Source: an uncultured virus (IMG/VR IMGVR_UViG_3300025382_000006)
Lineage: Duplodnaviria > Heunggongvirae > Uroviricota > Caudoviricetes
Virus record (IMG/VR): IMGVR_UViG_3300025382_000006
Strand: one strand, 5' to 3'
Length of the DNA: 64,000 nt
A program made the translations under genes and the position numbers. The notes under the pieces were generated by a model. That model was not told the origin of the DNA and searched no databases. It saw only the letters and a program-made list of their open reading frames with translations. Below are positions 18,602-28,316 of this stretch, piece after piece. Numbering within the stretch: the stretch's first letter is position 1; each line of letters starts with the position of its first letter.

Positions 18602-19693
18602 ATGTTGGATGCGCTAAAACAGTTATTTGAAAACAATGTGATTTCTGAAGAGATCAAAGAGTCAATTGAACAGGCTTTCGAAGCTCGCATCAGCGAGTCA
18701 CGTGAAGTACTAACTCAACAACTACGCGAAGAATTCGCACAAAAATACGAACACGACAAGAATACAATGATTGAAGCTGTTGATCGCATGATCAGCGAGC
18801 AACTTTCTACAGAGCTTGTTGAGTTTGCAGATGATCGTAAGCAATTAGCTGAGATGAAAGTCAAGTATGCTAAAAAGATGAAGCAAGATGCCGCTGTAAT
18901 GAAGGAATTTGTTACACGTCAATTGGCTTCTGAAGTTAAAGAATTGCACGAAGATCAAGTTACTATGGCCAACAAGTTTGGTAAGTTAGAACATTTTGTA
19001 GTTGAGGCTCTTGCTCAAGAAATTACAGAGTTTATGCAAGACAAAAAGGATCTAGCTGAAACTAAGGTACGCCTAGTTCGCGAAGGTCGTCAAGAAATCA
19101 AGAAGGTAAAACAACAATTTGTTGAACGTGCCGCTAAGATGGTTGATCAAGTAGTGACTGAGAATTTAACTTCTGAAATTCACAGCTTGAAAGAAGACAT
19201 CGAAGCCGCTCGTCGTCAAGATTTTGGTCGCAAGTTATTTGAAGCTTTTGCTTCAGAGTATCAAGCAAGTTACCTAAATGAAAAATCGGAAACAGCAAAA
19301 TTACTCAAAGTCATAGACTTGAAAGATCTAGCAATGCAAGAAGCCGCCAAAGCTGTTGCAGATGCTGAGAAACTATTAGAAAGTAAAGAAGCTCAAGTCC
19401 GTGCTCTTAAAGAGAGTCAAACAAGAAAAGAAATCATGAGCGAGTTACTGAGCCCACTTAACAGTGAGCAACGTGAAATCATGAGCGAGTTAATGGAGTC
19501 TGTGAAAACAGAACGTCTTAACGAAAGTTTTGAAAAGTACTTGCCATCAGTATTGAATGGTAAGGCTCCGCAGAAGAAACAGGCACTAGTAGAGGCTAAA
19601 GAAATAACCGGAAATAAAATTTCCAACACAACCCGTAGTAGCGAAACGGCTGATATCGTCGATATCCGCAAACTCGCTGGACTAAAATTCTAA
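18602..19693 (+). CDS. gp22: Prohead scaffold protein
   Basis: Coiled-coil E/K-rich protein between protease and capsid genes. Confidence 0.8.
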   Translation: MLDALKQLFENNVISEEIKESIEQAFEARISESREVLTQQLREEFAQKYEHDKNTMIEAVDRMISEQLSTELVEFADDRKQLAEMKVKYAKKMKQDAAVMKEFVTRQLASEVKELHEDQVTMANKFGKLEHFVVEALAQEITEFMQDKKDLAETKVRLVREGRQEIKKVKQQFVERAAKMVDQVVTENLTSEIHSLKEDIEAARRQDFGRKLFEAFASEYQASYLNEKSETAKLLKVIDLKDLAMQEAAKAVADAEKLLESKEAQVRALKESQTRKEIMSELLSPLNSEQREIMSELMESVKTERLNESFEKYLPSVLNGKAPQKKQALVEAKEITGNKISNTTRSSETADIVDIRKLAGLKF

Positions 19694-19705
19694 GGAGAAT
19701 ATTAA

Positions 19706-20881
19706 ATGTCAGAACTATTAAACGGACGTTGGGCAGAAACTAAGGAAGCCCTATTAGAAGGCTTACAAGGCACTAAAAAATCAGTAATGGGTGTAACTCT
19801 AGAAAATACTCGCAAGTATTTGATGGAATCTCCAACTGCTGGTGCTACTTCTGCTGGCAACGTTGCAACACTAAATCGCGTGATCCTTCCAGTGATCCGT
19901 CGCGTTATGCCAACCGTTATCGCTAACGAGTTAGTTGGTGTACAACCAATGACTGGCCCAGTCGGTCAAATCCACACATTGCGTGTGCGTTATGCAGATT
20001 CATCATCAGGTGCTAGCATCCTAGCTGGTGAAGAGGCATTAAGCCCATTCAAGATTGCGTCTTCATACTCAGGTAACCAAGTTGAGACTTTACCTAAGGC
20101 AGCTACTACAGCTTCTTTAGAAGGTCAAGCTGGTAACCGTATGTCAATTCAAATCTTGAAACAAACAGTTGAAGCTAAAACTCGTAAATTGTCTGCTCGT
20201 TGGACATTTGAAGCCGCTCAAGACGCTCAAGCCCAACAAGGTATTGACGTTGAAGCAGAAGTTATGGCTGCTTTGGCTCAAGAAATTACAGCTGAAATCG
20301 ACCAAGAAATTATTGCATCATTAACAAGTCTAGCTGGTACAGCTACACAAACTTATGATCAATCAGCAGTATCTGGTACAGCAACATTCGTTGGTGATGA
20401 GCATGCCGCATTGGCAGTTCAGATCAATCGCGTAAGCAACTTGATCGCTCAACGTACACGTCGTGGTGCTGGTAACTACGCTGTTGTAAGCCCATTTGCT
20501 TTAACAATTCTACAATCTGCTACTACTTCAGCTTTTGCTCGTACAACAGAAGGTACATTCGAAGCTCCAACAAATACAAAATTCGTTGGTACATTGAACG
20601 GTGCTATGAAGATTTATGTTAACAGCTATGCATATGACAATGCTCCAATTCTAATTGGATACAAAGGCTCAAGCGAGAGCGATGCTCCTGCTTTCTATTG
20701 CCCATATATCCCATTGATGAGCAGTGGTGTTGTATTGGATCCATCAACATTTGAACCAGTCGTATCATTCATGACACGTTATGGTTATGTTGAGTTGACA
20801 AACACAGCATCATCACTAGGTAACGCCGCTGACTATTTAGGTCTAGTAGCTATCACTTCAGCTAACGTTAAGTTCAGCTAA
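19706..20881 (+). CDS. gp23: Major capsid protein
   Basis: VGVQPMTGPVGQI, VEAKTRKLSARWT, FYCPYIPL, FMTRYG. Confidence 0.97.
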   Translation: MSELLNGRWAETKEALLEGLQGTKKSVMGVTLENTRKYLMESPTAGATSAGNVATLNRVILPVIRRVMPTVIANELVGVQPMTGPVGQIHTLRVRYADSSSGASILAGEEALSPFKIASSYSGNQVETLPKAATTASLEGQAGNRMSIQILKQTVEAKTRKLSARWTFEAAQDAQAQQGIDVEAEVMAALAQEITAEIDQEIIASLTSLAGTATQTYDQSAVSGTATFVGDEHAALAVQINRVSNLIAQRTRRGAGNYAVVSPFALTILQSATTSAFARTTEGTFEAPTNTKFVGTLNGAMKIYVNSYAYDNAPILIGYKGSSESDAPAFYCPYIPLMSSGVVLDPSTFEPVVSFMTRYGYVELTNTASSLGNAADYLGLVAITSANVKFS

Positions 20882-20913
20882 TCTGATAATCCTAGCGATT
20901 ATTGTAATAAAAC

Positions 20914-20938
20914 AAAGGGCATCTTCGGATGCCTTTTT
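20914..20938 (+). terminator. Rho-independent terminator after capsid gene
   Basis: GGCATC-TTCG-GATGCC followed by T run. Confidence 0.9.
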
Positions 20939-20955
20939 GTTTGGGTAAATATAAT

Positions 20956-22011
20956 ATGACTACTTCTATTGTTTACAATCCCACGCAGTTGGCCAATGTT
21001 AATATACTTAATGCAATAACCAACATACCTAGTATAGATTGGAAATTCAATCCAACAGCATTAGTACCTAATGTTTATGCGGTAAGCAACAAACCATTAT
21101 ATACTATATCAGGCATATGGATGGAAAAATATCTATCTAACACAAGCCAATTGTGGTGTACTGGTTATAATATACCCAGTACAGGTAAGAAAATTTTAGG
21201 CATAGAGCTGATACTGGACATGCAACGAAATGCTAGAATTGAAGATTTGATTATACAACTTACCTATAGTGGATCCCTAATAGGCAATAACAAAGCATCC
21301 ACAGTTAATCCAGCTCAAACAGATATCTATACCGGTAATGCTATAGACCTTCCACAACCAGTTGGTGATTATCATATATATGGAAGCGGTTCAGATGTAT
21401 GGGGTTTAGATGCACCCTTAACCACATTTACTCCAACAGAATTATTAACAAACGGAGATTTTGGTACAGGAGATTTCACCGGGTGGACTCTTGGTATCAG
21501 TGCCGGAATTAATATAGATCTTGTTTCGGCGTTGTCAGGGGTACCAACTCTCAGCGCACAATATGTAATTGGAGGAGGCCGAGTGAGTCAATTGGGACTC
21601 ATAAGCCAAACAGTCAGTTGTAATTTTGGAGACAATTTAGTTGTTAGTTTTTACAGTTATAATTTCAATGCTCCAGAAGAACTCAAGGTCACAATGACCA
21701 ACATACAGGGCAATCAAGTTTTATTGGACGAAAATAATGTATTACTTAATACTTGGCAATATCATGAATTTCACGTAACTACAACTGATACCACTACAAC
21801 ATTGACTTTTGGACTACGTGAAGATCCTAGTTATGTTTACATAGGAAACGTGAGAATAATTACAAATATTCCTACTTTTTTAGGTCTAGCCGAAGATCAA
21901 ATTACCAATTCAACGTTTGGCGTAGTGTTAAGTTTTAGAAGTAATCAAGTACTTCCTCATAGCGATTTTGCTTATATACATCAAGCAGGCTTAAGAATCA
22001 CCTACGCATAA
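20956..22011 (+). CDS. Virion protein with inserted carbohydrate-binding-like domain
   Basis: Start moved to ATG 20956 because the track start lies inside the terminator; LTNGDFGTGDFTGW module. Confidence 0.6.
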   Translation: MTTSIVYNPTQLANVNILNAITNIPSIDWKFNPTALVPNVYAVSNKPLYTISGIWMEKYLSNTSQLWCTGYNIPSTGKKILGIELILDMQRNARIEDLIIQLTYSGSLIGNNKASTVNPAQTDIYTGNAIDLPQPVGDYHIYGSGSDVWGLDAPLTTFTPTELLTNGDFGTGDFTGWTLGISAGINIDLVSALSGVPTLSAQYVIGGGRVSQLGLISQTVSCNFGDNLVVSFYSYNFNAPEELKVTMTNIQGNQVLLDENNVLLNTWQYHEFHVTTTDTTTTLTFGLREDPSYVYIGNVRIITNIPTFLGLAEDQITNSTFGVVLSFRSNQVLPHSDFAYIHQAGLRITYA

Positions 22012-22101
22012 ATACAATGTACGACTCACATGGGGTGAGTTTTATGCAGAAATCCAACTGCGTACGGCCTAGAACGCCGTTTTTCTACAGGAGAAAACAA
22101 A

Positions 22102-23871
22102 ATGGGACGTCCCTTAAATAAAAAATATATTGGTAAACGTAATACAGGTGCCGCAGGCACATTTGGTAACACAAACTTGTTGCCAACAGACTACGACTTA
22201 GGTGGTCTAAAAGCTCTTAACGCAAACGTTACAACAGCTGGTTCTTATACTCAATCGCAGGCTGCCGCTCTAACAACAACATTTCCAAAGCCAGCACTAT
22301 CTGGCGAAGGTGCTGTAACAGCAGTTGGTACACCAACATTTACTATTTTAACTGGTACAACTAACGCAGTTGGTTCACAAACAACAGCTTATGCCCCAAC
22401 AGCTGGTAGCATTTCGGTTACGTATGGTGGTGTTACAAGCACATATACTCCAACACTAACAACTTACAGTGGTTTTAGCATTGCTAGTATTACATCGGGC
22501 GGTGTAATGACATTATCTGGTGGTACAATTACAGCTTTGGCTGGAACAAGCGTTATATTTAACGCTGGTTTGACTGGCTCAACTGGTCTAACAGCTGGCT
22601 CAACATATTACATTACAACAAGTGTAACATCAAGTTCAACAGTGACTCTAAGTGCATCTTACGGTGGCGCCGCAATTAGTATTGCTGGTGGTACACCAAC
22701 AGGTACTCTAACACTAACAATTGGTACAACTTATGCATCAGTAGCTTCTGTAGCAGTAGTATCGGGCGGTACATACGCTCAGTCAGGTGTTACATCTGGT
22801 CTAGCTGCCGCTCAAGCAACTACAGCCGCATTTGGTTCTGGTTTGACAATCGCCCCAGCAACATTTGGTGTTAATGGTGTGTCATATTCTAATGCTGGTA
22901 ACGGCTATATCAACACAGTTCCAGTAACTCCTGGTATTAGTGCTACAACTGCAACAACTATTGCTAGTGGTACTTATGGTACAATCACAGTTGGTGCTAC
23001 ACCTTTCAACTCAATCACATTGGGTACAGCACAATCTGCTAATACATTCTATGTTGGTCAAGTTGTTTCGTTTACTGGCACACCAGGCGGCAACACAGCA
23101 TTCATCGACAGCGGCTTTGCATCTGGCAACAGTTATTTGGTCAGTGCTACTAATGGTACAAGTACTTTAACATTGACAAAACTTGACGGTACAGCACTAT
23201 CAGGTGGTGCCGCAGGTGCAGTAACTGGTTTATCAATTGTATTGTACAAAGAAACAGTAAGTTCCACAGACCAATTAGTTCCAGGTATGAAGGTTGTTAC
23301 AACTGGTTCAGGCGGTAGCTTGACGGCTGGTACATACTACATTATTGCAGTTAACGGATCAACTGAAATTGTTCTAAGTAGCTCAGTAGGTGGTAGTGCC
23401 GCAGTGGTAACTTCAGCATCAAGTTTGACAATTACTACAGTAGTAAGTGGTAACACAGCAATCACATTTGGTTCAGGTGTCGCAGTTGCAACAATGACAT
23501 TTGCCGCACAGGTAACAACTGGTTATACTGGTAACTATGCCGCTATCCAAGCACAGTCATTAATTACAACAGGCGGTGTTGTTCGTCAAGATACAGACAT
23601 TATCAAACAAGAAAACACACAACGTTTCCGTGTTGAAAGTTCTGACGGTGTATTCTACGCTAAATTAGTTAACACTTTCCCAACAGTTGGTGGAACAATG
23701 GCTATCAACGCTACTGATTCCGCTGGTGGTACATATTGGGTAACTAAGATTACTAATCGTCGTTGCCGTGTAACTCGTAATACAGGTACACAGTTTACAG
23801 ATGGATCAACAGTTAACTGGACATTTGGTGCACCAACAGCCAACGTTTCTGTTAAGATCGACAACGCTTAA
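22102..23871 (+). CDS. Thr/Gly-rich virion structural protein
   Basis: 589 aa; own TAAATA promoter, structured leader and terminator. Confidence 0.65.
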   Translation: MGRPLNKKYIGKRNTGAAGTFGNTNLLPTDYDLGGLKALNANVTTAGSYTQSQAAALTTTFPKPALSGEGAVTAVGTPTFTILTGTTNAVGSQTTAYAPTAGSISVTYGGVTSTYTPTLTTYSGFSIASITSGGVMTLSGGTITALAGTSVIFNAGLTGSTGLTAGSTYYITTSVTSSSTVTLSASYGGAAISIAGGTPTGTLTLTIGTTYASVASVAVVSGGTYAQSGVTSGLAAAQATTAAFGSGLTIAPATFGVNGVSYSNAGNGYINTVPVTPGISATTATTIASGTYGTITVGATPFNSITLGTAQSANTFYVGQVVSFTGTPGGNTAFIDSGFASGNSYLVSATNGTSTLTLTKLDGTALSGGAAGAVTGLSIVLYKETVSSTDQLVPGMKVVTTGSGGSLTAGTYYIIAVNGSTEIVLSSSVGGSAAVVTSASSLTITTVVSGNTAITFGSGVAVATMTFAAQVTTGYTGNYAAIQAQSLITTGGVVRQDTDIIKQENTQRFRVESSDGVFYAKLVNTFPTVGGTMAINATDSAGGTYWVTKITNRRCRVTRNTGTQFTDGSTVNWTFGAPTANVSVKIDNA

Positions 23872-23879
23872 TAACCAAT

Positions 23880-23899
23880 AGGGGCTTCGGCTCCTACTT
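23880..23899 (+). terminator. UUCG hairpin, probable terminator
   Basis: AGGGGC-TTCG-GCTCCT; weak T tail. Confidence 0.55.
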
Positions 23900-23910
23900 A
23901 AGGATACACA

Positions 23911-24897
23911 ATGTCAAGAGTCTTAAACCTCAGTGGTGATTATCGAATCAGAGTATTGTCTGGCGGGAACATTATTCTCGATCCAGGTACTACTGGTACA
24001 GTGACCATCACGGGCAATCTTGATGTAATGGGTGCTCAAACTAATATTGAAAGCACTACAGCAATTATACAAGACAATCTTATACAGATCAATTACGATC
24101 CTAATAATGTTTACAACGGTGATGGTATTCCCACAGCAAGTCCAATTAATGGACAAGCTGGATTATCTATTTGGCGAGGAAGTCGTAGCACAGCAACATT
24201 TTTATTCGACGAAAATGTCAGTCACTACAATCCAAGCACTAGCACAAATCTAGCAGGTACGTTTACAGCTAAGACCGCAGATGGAATTCCATCTGGATTA
24301 CAATTAGCTACATTGGTAACTCCAAGTACCAGCAACTTTGTTTTTGATTTTCAAAATAATCCCTATGTACTTAGAATAGCCAACGGCGGCAGTTATGAAG
24401 CTCGTGTGCTTAACGATAATGATATTCCTAACAGAAAATATGTACAACAGTATGTACAAAATGCCGCAGGAACTATTGCAGTTAGTGCATTATGGTATCC
24501 TACAGTAACACCACTAGTTGATGCAACTGCAAGTGTACAGGCATTTGCTTCTAGTATTGTTTTTCAATTGGGCGGTATTACACAGGCAACATTGGCCAGC
24601 GGTGGTTTTACCATGGGCAATATTACTGTATATCAAAACAGCATTAGTAATACTGGAAGTAACAGCAACAATTTAGTTCTACAAGCCAATACTGGAAAAA
24701 TAGAATTGAACGGTGTTCTTACATTAAACGATCAAGGAGCAGACCCAAGCATAGTTGCAGGTACTACTAATTTATATTCTAAAGCCACTCCTGGACCAGG
24801 AAAAACAGGATTGTTTTTTAACAATAACAATGCGTCACAAACTCCAGACGAATTAGTCAGCAGAAGTCGAGCTGTAGCACTAAGTATTTTATTATAA
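23911..24897 (+). CDS. Virion/fibre-associated protein
   Basis: 328 aa beta-rich; GNLDVMG fibre-like motif. Confidence 0.55.
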   Translation: MSRVLNLSGDYRIRVLSGGNIILDPGTTGTVTITGNLDVMGAQTNIESTTAIIQDNLIQINYDPNNVYNGDGIPTASPINGQAGLSIWRGSRSTATFLFDENVSHYNPSTSTNLAGTFTAKTADGIPSGLQLATLVTPSTSNFVFDFQNNPYVLRIANGGSYEARVLNDNDIPNRKYVQQYVQNAAGTIAVSALWYPTVTPLVDATASVQAFASSIVFQLGGITQATLASGGFTMGNITVYQNSISNTGSNSNNLVLQANTGKIELNGVLTLNDQGADPSIVAGTTNLYSKATPGPGKTGLFFNNNNASQTPDELVSRSRAVALSILL

Positions 24898-24906
24898 GGA
24901 ATAGCA

Positions 24907-25251
24907 ATGGCACTAACATCGACTTTAATTTCAACAGCAAATACAAACACTACAGTGTTTACTAGCACAGCAGTTTCTCCAGTGCTGGGAAATGCCATTA
25001 CAACTATAATGATTTGTAATACTAGTTCAAGCACGTCTGCAACATTTACTTTATATGCAGTACCAAATGCAGGAGGATCTCAAGGAACGGCTGGTGTTAA
25101 TAATATGATTATTAACGCTATTACTATTCCGCCAACAGAAACTGTAAGTTTAGATCAAGAAAAATTAGTATTAGGCAACAATGATCTGCTAGTGGCAAAA
25201 GCCAGTGTGGCAAATATTTTAACAGTGACAGTGAGCACTTTGGCCGTATAA
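24907..25251 (+). CDS. Small virion protein (paralogue of 29376)
   Basis: 114 aa; shares C-terminal EKL(V/I)LxxN motif with 29376. Confidence 0.6.
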   Translation: MALTSTLISTANTNTTVFTSTAVSPVLGNAITTIMICNTSSSTSATFTLYAVPNAGGSQGTAGVNNMIINAITIPPTETVSLDQEKLVLGNNDLLVAKASVANILTVTVSTLAV

Positions 25252-26270
25252 TGAGATACTTAAAACAACAAAACTTAAATCGTAGAACAGCTAATCACAC
25301 CAGTGTGTATGTGGATTATACTGACACGAATGTGATTTTAAGTCCAGTCAATCTAGGTAGTGTAGTGTTACCTTCTGGAACTAGCGCACAACGTCCTAGC
25401 AGTCCAATTAATGGTATGATGCGTTACAATACAGATGTTGATACAGGCGGCGAAGTAGAAATTTATCAAAACAATGCTTGGAGAAGTTTGAGATTCAAAG
25501 AGTCAACTGGAATAACACAACAAAATCTCGGTGCTGGCGATGATGTTAATACAATCTTTGGACCATTAAGCCCTCGCCCACCTAGTATAGTATCCAGCAA
25601 CAGTACATGGGGCGGACAAAATTTAATTGTTGTAGTTGAAAACGTTATTCAGTTAAACAATATCAACTATACAGTTGTTCAAAATCCAACATTTTCTAGT
25701 GAAACCTATACTGTTACAACCAGTATAGCAACTTCGAGCGGATCAAACGTGCTTTATTTGAACAGCAGTTTAACAGCAACTGGTGCAAGCGGCAGTGGTT
25801 CACTAGTGACTTTAACATTTCCTACTCAAAGTGCCGCACCTTTTGCAGTAGGTTCAATTATTGTAGTGACTGGATTTATTCCTCAAGGCTACAATGGCAA
25901 TTATACTGTTGTTTCTTGTACTACCAACTCTGTAACTTATAATAGTACATTTAACACAACTATGACTTTTCCTGGTAATATTACTAGTAAAACTGCAACA
26001 TTCCCAACTATTAATCTAGTAGGATCAACAGTATCAGGAACTGGTATACAATCAGCTACTACGGTATCTAGCTATACTATAGATTCTGTAACAGATGCGT
26101 TAACTAGTATTACTCTTAACAAAACAACAAACGCAACAATAGCCACAAATACCGGACTAACTCTAGTAGAGTCTACTAGAACTGTAGCCACTGGTGAATA
26201 CTACTTACAATTTACAACTCCTGTACCAATAGGAAAAGTTGTTACGGTCTTGATCGGATTCGATCAATAA
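25251..26270 (+). CDS. Fibre-associated protein
   Basis: PSGTSAQRP...GMMRYNT motif. Confidence 0.6.
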   Translation: MRYLKQQNLNRRTANHTSVYVDYTDTNVILSPVNLGSVVLPSGTSAQRPSSPINGMMRYNTDVDTGGEVEIYQNNAWRSLRFKESTGITQQNLGAGDDVNTIFGPLSPRPPSIVSSNSTWGGQNLIVVVENVIQLNNINYTVVQNPTFSSETYTVTTSIATSSGSNVLYLNSSLTATGASGSGSLVTLTFPTQSAAPFAVGSIIVVTGFIPQGYNGNYTVVSCTTNSVTYNSTFNTTMTFPGNITSKTATFPTINLVGSTVSGTGIQSATTVSSYTIDSVTDALTSITLNKTTNATIATNTGLTLVESTRTVATGEYYLQFTTPVPIGKVVTVLIGFDQ

Positions 26271-26280
26271 GAGGTCAATT

Positions 26281-28182
26281 ATGGCCCATAAAATATCTCC
26301 AAAGATAAGCGCAAAAAGCGTAAGTCTACCACAAGCAGTCTCTCCTGCGGCAGTCTTGCCGCAAAATAACCCCTTTGGCCAAGCTGGTCGTGAGTTTGGA
26401 AGAATCAGCGGACCTTTGTTGTCAGCTAATTTACTACGTAACGGACACGATTTATCTTTTGAAACTGATTTACTGTATCTAAGTGTTAACAGTGGATTTG
26501 TTGGTATTAAAAATAGCACACCAGTTCGTGCGCTTGACATGGGCGGCTCTGCCACAACAGATAATCTTATTGTAGATACAGAAGCAGATCTGGGTGTTGG
26601 ATTTCAAATAACTACCAATCAAATTTTTAACACTTATAATCTTCCGATTACTCTATATCCTAATCAGTCTAGTAATCCAACGATAGCTGTTAACGGCGGA
26701 CTTAATACTGCCAACTTAAATTTTGCAACCAATACCATAACAGGCACAGCCAATGCTAATATAAACATTACACCGTTTCAGAATCCAAATTATGTAACAA
26801 ATGGAGATTTTGAAACTGGAACATTGTCTGGCTGGACTGTACTAGGATCTGTTTCAACTATTACGATAGCAGATAGCACAAATGCCGCTACAGGCAACTA
26901 TGCATTATCTGCAAGTTCTTACATAACAAAATCTACAGTATCGCAGACACTTGCAACGGCTGTTGGTCAGACCTATATAATAACTTTTGCTCTAAAAAAC
27001 ACCATTAATCTGTTTTTAACTACAGAAGATAGCAGTTCAATAATGACCACTGAAGATGCAAATAACATCCTTTCAGTAGTTCCAGCAACAAATTCTGGAC
27101 AAGCAGATTTTTCAGTTTTATGGAATGGTGTTGCATTAACAGGTGGAAGCCCTGTTGGAACTGGGCCCAGCTTACCCTACAGCTCACCGGCATCTAGCTA
27201 TTGGGAATATACCAAATATTCATTTACTGTCACAGCTTCTGGATCAGATGTACTGACTTTTAGTTTGAGAAATGACAACGCTATATTTTATTTAGACAGT
27301 GTTTCAACTATACTACAAGGAACTACTGGCGGTATTACTCAGATTAATTCAAATACTCTAGTAAATGGTGCTCTCCATGCTACCGGTGACATTACCTTTG
27401 ATGGAAATATTCAGTTGGGCGATGCAGTTACCGACAGGATTTCGATTCCAGCAGAAGTAGCCAGTGACATTATTCCCTTAGCAGGAACAACTACAATTAC
27501 ACCGGTAACTGTAGCAATAACCGATCAACTGGGCAATGCACTAACAACTCAAACTAGCATTGGCTTATTCACTAATCCAGGTGCGTCTTATACTCAAAGC
27601 GCCAGCTATAATCTTGGTTCCAGCGCACTTGAGTGGAATAATGTATGGCTTAAAAATGCAAACTTATCGTCTGCACTAACTTCGAATACTGTTACTACAA
27701 CTGCATTGACTGCTGGAAATATCAGCATATCGAGCAATAAGATAGGAGATGGTACAGCAGATTTGAATCTGTCCACCCTAGGTATTGGGCAAGTTAAAAT
27801 CAATGGTTCTGCATTATTTTCTGGCAACACGATCAACAATCCAAGTTTTAGCAGTCCTTACTTTACTGCTGAATCTGGGTCTTATATTATTGTTGCAGAA
27901 AATTCTGTTATCATAGCCGCAGAAGTTACAGCACTTCCTTTAGAAATTATCAACACTGGTATTGGTTATACTGTATTCAGCGGTACCGGTGCTATAGAAA
28001 TACCGGCAGGCTCTACAGCAGAGCAACCTGCAAGCCCTCAACTTGGAATGACTCGTTATAATACTACCATCCAAACCAATGAAATATGGAATGGAACCAG
28101 CTGGCAAAATCTTGCAGGCGTCAGTGCCAGCTCTAGTGTAGAAAGCGACCAGACCACAATTTGGAGCCTAATACTAGGCTAA
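26281..28182 (+). CDS. Fibre-like protein with carbohydrate-binding-like insertion
   Basis: GRISGPLL...FETDLLYL head; NGDFETG module; C-terminal PAGSTAEQP...GMTRYNT. Confidence 0.6.
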   Translation: MAHKISPKISAKSVSLPQAVSPAAVLPQNNPFGQAGREFGRISGPLLSANLLRNGHDLSFETDLLYLSVNSGFVGIKNSTPVRALDMGGSATTDNLIVDTEADLGVGFQITTNQIFNTYNLPITLYPNQSSNPTIAVNGGLNTANLNFATNTITGTANANINITPFQNPNYVTNGDFETGTLSGWTVLGSVSTITIADSTNAATGNYALSASSYITKSTVSQTLATAVGQTYIITFALKNTINLFLTTEDSSSIMTTEDANNILSVVPATNSGQADFSVLWNGVALTGGSPVGTGPSLPYSSPASSYWEYTKYSFTVTASGSDVLTFSLRNDNAIFYLDSVSTILQGTTGGITQINSNTLVNGALHATGDITFDGNIQLGDAVTDRISIPAEVASDIIPLAGTTTITPVTVAITDQLGNALTTQTSIGLFTNPGASYTQSASYNLGSSALEWNNVWLKNANLSSALTSNTVTTTALTAGNISISSNKIGDGTADLNLSTLGIGQVKINGSALFSGNTINNPSFSSPYFTAESGSYIIVAENSVIIAAEVTALPLEIINTGIGYTVFSGTGAIEIPAGSTAEQPASPQLGMTRYNTTIQTNEIWNGTSWQNLAGVSASSSVESDQTTIWSLILG

Positions 28183-28316
28183 AAAGTCCAAACAGCTAAA
28201 TACTATTACTGTAGAGCTTGACCAAAGGTTCTACGATATTAAACAGTGGTAAACCCGCTAAGAGCGTCCAGCTGAAAAAGTGGTTAACCGTGAAACACGG
28301 GGTCAAAGGAGCGTAA

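Noticed and set aside
19430..19492. 18-bp direct repeat GAAATCATGAGCGAGTTA
   Set aside because: It encodes a repeated EIMSEL helix in the scaffold; no sign of a regulatory or mobile role.
28260..28300. Hammerhead ribozyme
   Set aside because: CTGAAAA does not fit CUGANGA, and the stems do not form the three-way core.
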